Below, one piece after another: positions 9,611 to 18,114 of a DNA stretch of 64,000 bases (position 1 is its first letter; every line of letters starts with the position of its first letter). Below the pieces are notes generated by a model. The model made no database searches, was not told the origin of the DNA, and saw nothing but the letters and a program-made list of their open reading frames with translations. The stretch is from positions 39,210 through 103,209 of the forward strand of contig CAYLRY010000003.1 of NCBI GenBank assembly GCA_964386535.1, read 5' to 3'. The position numbers and the translations under genes are program-made. Source of the DNA: an uncultured Dehalococcoidales bacterium (GTDB taxonomy: Bacteria; Chloroflexota; Dehalococcoidia; Dehalococcoidales; UBA3254).

Positions 9611-9871
9611 GTGGAGATCATCTTCTCTGAGCAATTTGAACAGGCGTATGAGAAGCTTACCGCAGGCGGGAAACAAAGTGTCCGCAAAGGTCTCAATCTA
9701 TTGGGTAATAATCCGAGACACCCGGGTCTTCACATTAAGAAAATGAAAGGTAAAAAGGGTATTTGGGAAGCTCGTCCTTCAAAAAAACTGCGGATGACTT
9801 TTGAGATGACTGGAAACACCATCGTCATGCGTAATGTGGGGGAACATGACAGGGTATTGAAAAGACCTTGA
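9611..9871 (+). CDS. RelE/ParE-superfamily toxin
   Basis: 86-aa basic protein 2 nt downstream of the antitoxin; NPRHPGLHIKKMKG..IWEAR...RMTF...RNVGEHD. Confidence 0.75.
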   Translation: MEIIFSEQFEQAYEKLTAGGKQSVRKGLNLLGNNPRHPGLHIKKMKGKKGIWEARPSKKLRMTFEMTGNTIVMRNVGEHDRVLKRP

Positions 9872-10114
9872 TTTGAAAGTGTATCCAAAAGAGTAATACG
9901 GGGAGTGAGATTTCTCCGTTAAATACTACCCTGGTATTAAGACGCTGGCGATAATTCAACATATAGAGACTAGATGAAACAGGTAGGCCATTGAAATTTT
10001 CAATATTTTCCAGGAAGTTTTATACACAGCCGGATAGGGGATTTCAATTCCTATCAAACACAGTCCGCCAGCCAGCATAATTCCTTTGCACAAACTATAA
10101 TAAATATTTATAGA

Positions 10115-11161
10115 GTGTTTTTGGTAGCTGGTACGGAAGTGCAGGAAAGAAAATTTACTTGTAGCGGCGCCTCTATCAGCGTCTCATCAATAAGCAAGCG
10201 GTTCGGCAAAGTGCAGGCCCTGGACAACATGAGCCTGTCCGTGCAGCCGGGGATGATTTTTGCCCTGCTGGGGCCGAATGGCTCTGGCAAGACCACTCTG
10301 GTGCGCATTCTCACTACTTTGCTCAGGCCGGACTCCGGGAGCGCTCATATCGGCGACCTTGATGTGGTCAAAGAAGCCTCAAAGGTACGTCCTTTGATCG
10401 GCCTGGCCGGCCAGTACCCGGCGGTGGATGAGAACCTGACGGGCAGGGAAAACCTGGAGATGATCGGGCAGCTTTACCATATGGGCAGCCTTAAAGCCCG
10501 GGCACGCAGCCTGGAGCTGTTGCAAATCTTCGCCCTGTCTGAAGCGGGCGGCCGCCGGGTCAAAACCTACAGCGGCGGCATGCGGCGCCGCCTGGACCTG
10601 GCAGCCACCCTGGTGGCCAGTCCGCCCATCCTCTTCCTGGATGAACCCACTACCGGTTTGGATCCCCGCAGCCGCCTAGGACTGTGGGAGGTAATCAGCC
10701 GGCAGGCGAAAAACTGCAATACCGTTTTTCTCACCACGCAGTACCTGGAGGAAGCTGACCGGCTGGCCGATAAAATCGCCATCATGGAGAACGGCCGGGT
10801 TATCAGGCAGGGTACGCCCCAGGAGTTAAAGGAATGCTGCGGCGGCAGCACCCAGGTAAAAATCAAGCTGGCGGATCGAGTCAGTACCCGGGAGGCCGTG
10901 GCCGCCCTGAGTGAAATCAGCCTGGAAAGCGTTCACGTAAACCCCGAGACCAGTGAAATAAGCCTCCCTGCTTCAGATGGTGCCTCCGTGCTGACAAAAG
11001 TGGTCCGCCGCCTGGATGCAGCAGGTATTATAATTGAAGAAATCGGCCTCAAGCAGCCCACTCTTGATGACGTTTTCCTGGCCATTACCGGTCATGCCGC
11101 CCAAAAGACCGGCGAAGAAAAAGAAAAAACCGATCAGCCGCCAGGCGGGGATATTATTTGA
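10115..11161 (+). CDS. ABC exporter ATP-binding subunit (DrrA-like)
   Basis: Walker A GPNGSGKT, signature YSGGMRRR, Walker B FLDEPT. Exact start uncertain. Confidence 0.9.
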   Translation: MFLVAGTEVQERKFTCSGASISVSSISKRFGKVQALDNMSLSVQPGMIFALLGPNGSGKTTLVRILTTLLRPDSGSAHIGDLDVVKEASKVRPLIGLAGQYPAVDENLTGRENLEMIGQLYHMGSLKARARSLELLQIFALSEAGGRRVKTYSGGMRRRLDLAATLVASPPILFLDEPTTGLDPRSRLGLWEVISRQAKNCNTVFLTTQYLEEADRLADKIAIMENGRVIRQGTPQELKECCGGSTQVKIKLADRVSTREAVAALSEISLESVHVNPETSEISLPASDGASVLTKVVRRLDAAGIIIEEIGLKQPTLDDVFLAITGHAAQKTGEEKEKTDQPPGGDII

Positions 11162-11931
11162 GCGCAAAAATCAGAGAAACCATATCAGATATCATCGTCA
11201 TGACGCGGCGGGATGTCCTCAGATATCTCAGGCTGCCGCAATTACTGGTCTTCAACGCCCTGCTTAATGTGGTGCTACTGCTGCTTTTCAACTACGTATT
11301 CGGCGGCGCCATTAATACCGGGGGTTTAAAATATATACAATATTTCCTCCCTGGTTTTCTGGCGCAAACGGTCGTCTTCGGCTCCACCCAAACCAGTGTG
11401 GGCATAGCGGAAGACCTATCGAAAGGACTGATTGACCGTTTCCGTTCTCTGCCCATGGCACGAGCTGCCTTTATTTCCGGCCGGGTGCTGGCGGACGCTC
11501 TGCGCTATTTAATCCTCGTGATACTCATTATTGTGGTGGGACTGGCCATGGGCTTTCGCTTTGATAACGGGGCCGTTCCCGCTGTGACGGCAGTAGCCCT
11601 GATTCTCTTGTTCGGCATAGCCCTGACCTGGGTAGGGGTATTTATCGGAACATCGGTTAAAGATACCGAGACAGCCCAGGTGGCCGGGTTTGTCTGGGTG
11701 TTTCCTCTGGTTTTCGCCAGCTCTTTATATGTTCCCATAGAGACCATGCCCGGCTGGCTCCAGGCCTTTGCCAAAGTGAATCCGGTCAGCCCCATGGTAG
11801 ATACAGTCCGCGCCCTATCGCTGGGTGGCAACGTGTTTGATCCACTCTGGAAAATCCTGGCCTGGGACGCGGCGATCATGGCGATATTTATCCCCCTGGC
11901 CCTGCGGCGCTATAAGCAACTGGGCCAGTGA
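11158..11931 (+). CDS. ABC-2 type permease (DrrB-like)
   Basis: About 6 TM segments, GLIDRFRSLPM, FASSLYVPIETMPGWLQAFAKVNP; overlaps the ATPase stop. Confidence 0.9.
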   Translation: MSAKIRETISDIIVMTRRDVLRYLRLPQLLVFNALLNVVLLLLFNYVFGGAINTGGLKYIQYFLPGFLAQTVVFGSTQTSVGIAEDLSKGLIDRFRSLPMARAAFISGRVLADALRYLILVILIIVVGLAMGFRFDNGAVPAVTAVALILLFGIALTWVGVFIGTSVKDTETAQVAGFVWVFPLVFASSLYVPIETMPGWLQAFAKVNPVSPMVDTVRALSLGGNVFDPLWKILAWDAAIMAIFIPLALRRYKQLGQ

Positions 11932-12006
11932 AAAATTGAATATATGAAAAAGACTTCCGAAATCTTTTCCACGAATATGTCACCTGGAAAATTTGGGGGG
12001 AATTTT

Positions 12007-12475
12007 ATGAACATTATTAAAGAAACCCGCAGGCTTCGTTTTTACAATGTCTTTATGGGGATTTTGTACTTTATCCATATATGATATTATAGCCCTGATA
12101 GGACTGTTTAGCCTGACGACCTTAATGAACCTTTTTGGCCTGCTGATGGAGCAGCAAAAATGGGGTTCGGATAAACTGAATTGGATGGCCTTTTATATAG
12201 GATGTATAGTTGGTATAATTCCATGGATTTCTATTTCCATTTATTTTTTTGGTTCTGCCTCAACTGGTAAAATGCCTCTCTTCGTGTACTTTGTTTTGAT
12301 ATCTATCTTTATTCTCTTTTGTAGCTTTGCACTCAACATGTTTTTTCAATATAAAAGATGGGGACCCTGGCGGCACTATCTCTTCGGAGAAAAAGTCTAT
12401 ATTTCATTTCTTATAACTAAGAGTGCCCTGGCCTGGCAGGTGTTTTACGGCACTTTAAATCGTTCTATGTATTAG
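12007..12475 (+). pseudogene. Heliorhodopsin, internally deleted and frameshifted
   Basis: Frame 1 from ATG 12007 reads MNIIKETRRLRFYNVFMGILYFIH (HeR TM1-like). Frame 2 continues IYDIIALIGLF..MNLFGLLME..FYIGCIVGIIPW..FCSFALNMFFQYKRWGPW..YLFGEKVYI..TKSALAWQVFYGTL (HeR TM4-TM7 with the retinal Lys). The RWVEY region of TM3 is absent. Confidence 0.85.
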
Positions 12476-12511
12476 TTTGCGGCTTTTCTTTGAATAAATT
12501 AATAGATGTCC

Positions 12512-13453
12512 TTAAATCTTTCTATTCTGGTGTCGAGATCCCAGAAGATCACGTAAAGCTTGTTCCAGGTCAGGGAATTTGAAAACGAATCCGTTGTCCT
12601 CCAGTACCCTGGGTAAAACCCTCTGACCATTAACAAAAACCGAAGAGAATTGACCCAGCATTATTTGTAAAGCCAGCCCGGGTACAGGTGGCGCCCAGTT
12701 ACCCCTGCCCGTGGTTTTCGTCAATATCTTCAATATCTCTCTATTGCGCACGGGATTCGGGGAGGTGATATTGACTGGTCCACTTACCGCAGGCGTGTTA
12801 ATAAGAAAAAGAATTGCCCTCGCCAGATCCAGTTCGTGCACCCAGGAGATCCACTGCTCCCCGCTGCCCCAGTGGCTTCCAAGGTGAAATCTGACCAGAG
12901 TTGCCAGCTTTGGCAAAGCCCCCCCGTACATACCCAGTACATGCCCGAGACGGCATATTACCAGCCTGGCTCCTGAGTCCCCGGCCGGCTGTGCGGCAGC
13001 TTCCCATTTTGCCGCTACCTGCGCTATAAAATCCTGTCCTGCTGGATTATTCTCCATAAGTAAATCTTCTTGATGGAAACCGTAGTAACCCACCCCTGAT
13101 ACGCTGATAAAGTGCTTTACCTGGCCCCGTTGTTTCCTGATGGCTTCAACTATATTCCTGGTGGTCAGGATCCGGCTGTCTAGTATCTCCTTCTTTCCCC
13201 TTTTGTTCCAACGCCTGAAAATGGAAGCACCGGTCAGATTTATTACCACCTCATGACCGGAAATTCTGTCTTGCCATTCACCGGGTTTTAACACGTCAGC
13301 CTGAAAAACAGATATGTTGTCCTGGAGAAAAGGACCCGGAGTGGGATTACGAGATAAAATGGATATAGAGTGACCTGCAGCCAGCAGGGTTCTGGACAAA
13401 GTTTTGCCGATGAAACCGGTGCCGCCAATGATCAGTATTCTTAATTTATTCAT
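12512..13453 (-). CDS. TIGR01777-family (YfcH-like) NAD-dependent epimerase/oxidoreductase
   Basis: ILIIGGTGFIG, VINLTG, SGVGYYG, WEAAA, GSGEQWISWVH, QRVLP..L...GFVFKFP. Confidence 0.85.
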   Translation of the reverse strand: MNKLRILIIGGTGFIGKTLSRTLLAAGHSISILSRNPTPGPFLQDNISVFQADVLKPGEWQDRISGHEVVINLTGASIFRRWNKRGKKEILDSRILTTRNIVEAIRKQRGQVKHFISVSGVGYYGFHQEDLLMENNPAGQDFIAQVAAKWEAAAQPAGDSGARLVICRLGHVLGMYGGALPKLATLVRFHLGSHWGSGEQWISWVHELDLARAILFLINTPAVSGPVNITSPNPVRNREILKILTKTTGRGNWAPPVPGLALQIMLGQFSSVFVNGQRVLPRVLEDNGFVFKFPDLEQALRDLLGSRHQNRKI

Positions 13454-13498
13454 TCGGTTTAATTATACTCTGGCGGTTGGCAGCAGGATACTGGAAAT

Positions 13499-14260
13499 TT
13501 GAAAATGATTAAATCTCTTTCAACAAAACGGGGTGTCTGGTTCCGGTTATTTGTCGTCAGAATGACTTTGCGGAACATTATTTATATTTCGTACGCCTTG
13601 CCAGCAGAAACCTTGCAGCCGCTGGTTTCGGATGGCCTGCATCTGGCAACGATTGGTGATCAAAAGGCTTTTGTTTCACTGGTAGCTCTGCAAAGCACTT
13701 ATGTGAGATTGACCGCCTTTCCTGTTTTCAGGTTTCACTATTTCCAATTCAACATCAGGACTTATGTTATCGACCCGGTTTCTGGACAACCCGCAGTTTA
13801 CTTTCTTAGAAGTGGAGTGACTTCAAGATTCATATCTCTGGTTACCGGTACAATAGGGATCCCCTGGGAACATATTGAATTTAAAATCGATTTTAACGGC
13901 TCCGGTAAAGCCCGTTCCGCACTTATCTCCGGCAATTGGGAAGGCAACTTTTCTCTTAAAGTTAAGAGTGGGGCAAATGCTATCGCGGAACCGTCTTTAT
14001 TTCAGGATTGGAAATCAACTGTGGATTTTTTAATCAGGCCTTTGATAGGGATTTCCAGCGGTAGTCGCCAGCTCATGCGTTTTACCATCCGGCATCCCGA
14101 AGTTAACCCTCAAATTTGGTCACTGGAAAATATGTACAGCCCCCTGTTCAACAGGTTAGTCCCTGTGGATTTCTCAAAAAACCTGCACAGTGTTTTCTAC
14201 CTGCCTGAAACTGATTTTTCTATCTACCTGCCGCCGGAAAGAATAATTATGAAGGGGTGA
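13499..14260 (+). CDS. DUF2071 (YqjF-like) family protein
   Basis: ISYALPAETLQPLV, AFVSLV, FNIRTYV, G.PAVYFL pattern. Confidence 0.6.
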   Translation: MKMIKSLSTKRGVWFRLFVVRMTLRNIIYISYALPAETLQPLVSDGLHLATIGDQKAFVSLVALQSTYVRLTAFPVFRFHYFQFNIRTYVIDPVSGQPAVYFLRSGVTSRFISLVTGTIGIPWEHIEFKIDFNGSGKARSALISGNWEGNFSLKVKSGANAIAEPSLFQDWKSTVDFLIRPLIGISSGSRQLMRFTIRHPEVNPQIWSLENMYSPLFNRLVPVDFSKNLHSVFYLPETDFSIYLPPERIIMKG

Positions 14261-14269
14261 ATAAAAAAT

Positions 14270-14707
14270 ATGTGGATCATGGATGGCGTTCTGGCCGGAC
14301 TCATCGCCGGCGTAATTATGGGATTTGTATCGCAAATCAGTTACTGCTTCGGCATCCTGAAGTCGCATCTGATCATTATCGACGGGCGGTTCGCCTTACA
14401 AAAAATGAATCGGAATGATACCGGCCTGGCTGTTTATCTGACCGGTATTGTTCTCCATCTTATCACCAGTATGGTTTTTGGTATAATCTATGTCTTGATT
14501 GCCAGACTATTTGGCTTTGATGTCAGGAATATTACGATAATAATTATTTATTTTTTTATACTCTGGCTGGCTATGCTGTTTTTTGCTCTACCGGTAGCCG
14601 GCCAGGGATCCATGGGAAACAAAATCCACCGCTTCGTCTGGCTTGAACAGCTTGTGCTGCATATTATTTTTGGCCTCAGCTTCTGGGGCATTCTACAGAT
14701 CATCTGA
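14270..14707 (+). CDS. Small integral membrane protein (about 4 TM), function unknown
   Basis: Hydrophobic segments, GVLAGLIAG, HIIFG; follows the preceding gene by 9 nt. Confidence 0.7.
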   Translation: MWIMDGVLAGLIAGVIMGFVSQISYCFGILKSHLIIIDGRFALQKMNRNDTGLAVYLTGIVLHLITSMVFGIIYVLIARLFGFDVRNITIIIIYFFILWLAMLFFALPVAGQGSMGNKIHRFVWLEQLVLHIIFGLSFWGILQII

Positions 14708-14788
14708 TGCAAATTTTCTGGCGAACTTTATCTGCATCAAATCTGCCCTCCAAAGTCACAGCCTTCACCTTGCTCGCCTTTACGATTC

Positions 14789-14845
14789 AGACTGCTGAAA
14801 AAGAGGTCCCGGATGCCTCCGGGCGGGGGTTTGGGGGTGTCCCAC
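14789..14845 (-). repeat. Dispersed GC-rich hairpin repeat, copy 1
   Basis: Minus strand GGGACACCCCCAAACCCCCG-CCCGGA(GGCA)TCCGGG-ACCTCTTT; homologous to 44003-44050. Confidence 0.65.
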
Positions 14846-15035
14846 AAACCAAATTGAAAAAGTCCATTTTGAGAAGTGCAGGGATAATATAATAAAAAGA
14901 GAAGCTTAAATCACACGTGATTTCAATATACCTTTTGCGCCTGAGTCAGGGTAGAGGCTTAGGATATTTTCAAAGGTTATATTAAACACCCTGAATTTGT
15001 GAAATTATCTGAAGGAATAAGGTTTTGGCCCGGAT

Positions 15036-15473
15036 ATGATTGAAGGTGTATCAGGTTTTATCAAAAGACAGCTTGATTCACAACTTTTTGCTGTTCTGGC
15101 AACTCAGGCAGATGGATATCCTTATACCAATTTAATAGCCTTTGCCGCAGCGGACAATCTGAGGAGCATCATCTTTGTAACTAACAGAAATACACGAAAA
15201 TATACCAATACTATGGCCAAAAAACAGGTGGCGGTTCTGATTGACAACCGGACAAATCAGGCATCTGACCTTAATTCGGCAGTAGCTGTCACTGCTCTGG
15301 GTGCCGTTGAGGAAGCCGCCGGGAAGGATAAAGCCTGGCTTTCGGAAGTATTCCTTGCCAGGCACCCTGGACTCAAAACTTTTCTTCAAAATCCAGACAG
15401 CGCTCTTATGAGGATTGCCGTTTCTGATTATATTATCGCTACTTTCGAAGATACGCATCATTATTATGTTTAG
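15036..15473 (+). CDS. Pyridoxamine 5'-phosphate oxidase-like FMN-binding split-barrel protein
   Basis: FAVLATQADGYPYTNLIAF, TRKYTN, VAVLIDNR. Confidence 0.8.
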   Translation: MIEGVSGFIKRQLDSQLFAVLATQADGYPYTNLIAFAAADNLRSIIFVTNRNTRKYTNTMAKKQVAVLIDNRTNQASDLNSAVAVTALGAVEEAAGKDKAWLSEVFLARHPGLKTFLQNPDSALMRIAVSDYIIATFEDTHHYYV

Positions 15474-15537
15474 AAGTTAAATAGGTAAGGTGTACCCTCT
15501 TGATCTGTCCTTTTATTTTTTAAAGGAGTTGTGAAAC

Positions 15538-16023
15538 ATGATAAACAGGCAGCAGGCTAAAATGGCTCCGGATTTCACCGCGAAAGATAGTGCAGGGCGG
15601 ACAGTACGGCTTTCAGATTTCAGGGACAAAAAAATAATCATGCTGGTTTTTAATCGCGGTTTTATTTGACCTTACTGCCGTAAACACATGGCGCAGTTGC
15701 ACCAGGACTATCCAAAATTTGTTCAACGAAATACTGAGATCATTGCCGTAGGGCCTGAAGATTCAAAGTCTTTCGCCGGCTGGTGGCATGAGCACCAAAT
15801 GCCGTTCATTGGTATTGCGGATCCAAAGCATGAAATTGCGAATATATATGGTCAGCAGGTTAAACTCCTTAAATTTGGACGCCTGCCGGCCAGTTTCTTG
15901 ATCGATAGGAGCGGTTTGATACGATACTCGCATTTTGGTGAATCTGCCGCGGATATCCCTGAAAGCGAGGGAATTCTAAAGCTGATAGATGAATTGAACA
16001 GCGAATATAACCTCAAGGAATAA
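15538..16023 (+). CDS. Selenocysteine-containing peroxiredoxin-like (AhpC/TSA) protein, UxxC motif
   Basis: ATG 15538 follows AAGGAG. APDFTAKDSAGRTVRLSDFR..MLVFNRGFI-TGA(15667-15669)-PYCRKHMAQL is in frame with ORF 15688..16023 (EIIAVGPE..LPASFLIDRSG). tRNA-Sec is in the same window. Confidence 0.85.
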
Positions 16024-16517
16024 TATTCCTCAAATTGATATTTTTTTCCCTTATCGGTATTGAAATAGAATAGACCTCATCACTCGCCTGGTTAAAAAAC
16101 GCAGCCGGAGGAATTCTTCTCGGTGGGAAGTCTTTTCTAATTTAAGAATGAGTAAATACGAGGCTAGTTACGATCAAAACAAATGAGTCCCTAAGCCTGT
16201 TTGAAGAGATTGGAACGTGCTTTTAACATCCTTTATGCGAATTGGTTATAACTCATGTTGTCGGCATACAATTTGCAGTTATTATGGAGCATATGATACA
16301 ATCCGTTTTGCCTGGTACATGTATATTTTCCATGGTGAGAATTTTTCATTCTGGCTTGCCGCCGGCACCACAAAGTATCAAAACGGTCGCTTTTTAAGCT
16401 CGGCCATTTGTAGCGGCACGGTATTCCATTTTATACATGATCTCTGAATTACCCGCTTGGTATTTAAAAATCCATCTGATTCAAATAAATTGGGAAAGTA
16501 AGGGCAGGAGGATATTT

Positions 16518-17915
16518 ATGAGTAATACGGCAACGGAAACTCATCTCGATAAATTGATACATAACATACTGGATACAAAATACGAAGATATACCCTCCGG
16601 CAGCATCAGCCACGCCAAGAACCGCCTGCTCGATGCCGTCGGCTGCATGATCTGCGGGGCGAATGACATGGGGAACCCCGAACTTTTAGGTATAGTCCGG
16701 GACTGGGGCGGTAAGCCGGAAGCCAGGATCTTCGTCCACGGAGACAAAGTGCCTGCTCCGGCAGCAGCCATGGTCAACTGCATCATGGCTCGTTCTTTCG
16801 ATTTTGAACCGGTGAGCCCGGTAGCAGGAGACCAGCAGATACCGGGCCACCTCAGCGGCACTACCACCATAACAGCCCTCACCCTTGGAGATATGCAGGC
16901 TGTCAGCGGCAGGGAACTCCTAGCCGCTCTGCTGGTAGGCGATGATACCGCCACCCGCGTACTTCTCGCAGCGAAAGGCGGCACACGCCGCGGCTTTGAC
17001 CATGTGGGGCAGGCCAATTCCTTCGGGGCCACCGCCATAGCGGGAAGGCTGATGCGTTTGAGTCATGAACAGATGAAGCATGCCTTTGGCCTCATAGTAG
17101 ACCACCTTGGAGGCCTCCAGCGGATGATAACTGATACTGCCGCAGGATTCAAACTTTCGCAAGGGAATGCGGCTCGTGACGCCATTTTCTGCGTCCGGCT
17201 GGCTCAGGCTGGCTGGACCGGTATTGAGGATGCACTGCTGTCTGAAGGCGGATATTACACCATGTTCACTGATGGTATTAAAAATCCTGATCTCCTCACC
17301 AGAGACCTGGGTAAGGTTTATTACAGCGATGGGACTTTCAAACCCTATCCCTGCTGCCGTATGAACCACGCCGCAGTTGATTGTGCAGTGGATATCGTTA
17401 ATGAGCATCATGTATCCGGGGAAGATATAGAAAAAGTCATCCTGTACATGTCTCCCGGAGCCATGCGGGACGTTATCGGGCAGCCTTTCAGAATAAAAAA
17501 TTCTCCCCATGCCAGCGCCGGTTTCAGCGTCCAATACAATGTAGCCAATGTCCTGTTAAGAGGCAGCTCCAGGCCGGAACATTTTACAGAGGCGGCCATA
17601 CGGGATACAGCGATTAGTGACTTCATGAAGAAGGTTTTCATAGAAGGACTGAAGGAAGGTAACACGGAGAGCAGCGGGTTGAAGGTTATTATGAGAGATG
17701 GCAGGGAATTTAACAGGTTTACCCAAATTGCCAGAGGAGATCCCCGGAATCCTTTGTCCCATAAAGAACTGCTGGCCAAGTTCTGGATGAATATCAACTT
17801 CTCCCGGACAGTACCCCGGGAGAACGCTGAAAAAATTATTAAAATGGTGGAAGACCTGGAAAACCTGGACAGTGTGAAGAAGCTGGCGGATCTTCTTGTA
17901 GCCCGGGTTGTCTAA
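16518..17915 (+). CDS. MmgE/PrpD family protein
   Basis: RLLDAVGC, AAAMVN, FDFE..GHLS, FKPYPCCRMNH, ARGDPRNPLS; AGGAGG before ATG 16518. Confidence 0.9.
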   Translation: MSNTATETHLDKLIHNILDTKYEDIPSGSISHAKNRLLDAVGCMICGANDMGNPELLGIVRDWGGKPEARIFVHGDKVPAPAAAMVNCIMARSFDFEPVSPVAGDQQIPGHLSGTTTITALTLGDMQAVSGRELLAALLVGDDTATRVLLAAKGGTRRGFDHVGQANSFGATAIAGRLMRLSHEQMKHAFGLIVDHLGGLQRMITDTAAGFKLSQGNAARDAIFCVRLAQAGWTGIEDALLSEGGYYTMFTDGIKNPDLLTRDLGKVYYSDGTFKPYPCCRMNHAAVDCAVDIVNEHHVSGEDIEKVILYMSPGAMRDVIGQPFRIKNSPHASAGFSVQYNVANVLLRGSSRPEHFTEAAIRDTAISDFMKKVFIEGLKEGNTESSGLKVIMRDGREFNRFTQIARGDPRNPLSHKELLAKFWMNINFSRTVPRENAEKIIKMVEDLENLDSVKKLADLLVARVV

Positions 17916-18114
17916 AAACCGGAAAATAAGGCTGTACATGCCGCTCTGCTTTTTGCCGGTGCGTGCGTGTTTGCAGCCAAATTGAAATTCTTTGGGTATC
18001 CGTTAAAGATGGTGAGGGCCGGCTAATTTCTTTTTTTTGCTATATTAGCCTTCTTCCGGCTTTCCGAAACACGGAAATGCCTGTATTTCACCAGAGATCG
18101 GAGGTCTTCTTTTT

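Noticed and set aside
14705-14892. Possible Sec read-through of the TGA ending ORF 14270..14707, and ORF 14707..14892
   Set aside because: No redox motif context. The downstream frame runs through the dispersed hairpin repeat and looks non-coding.
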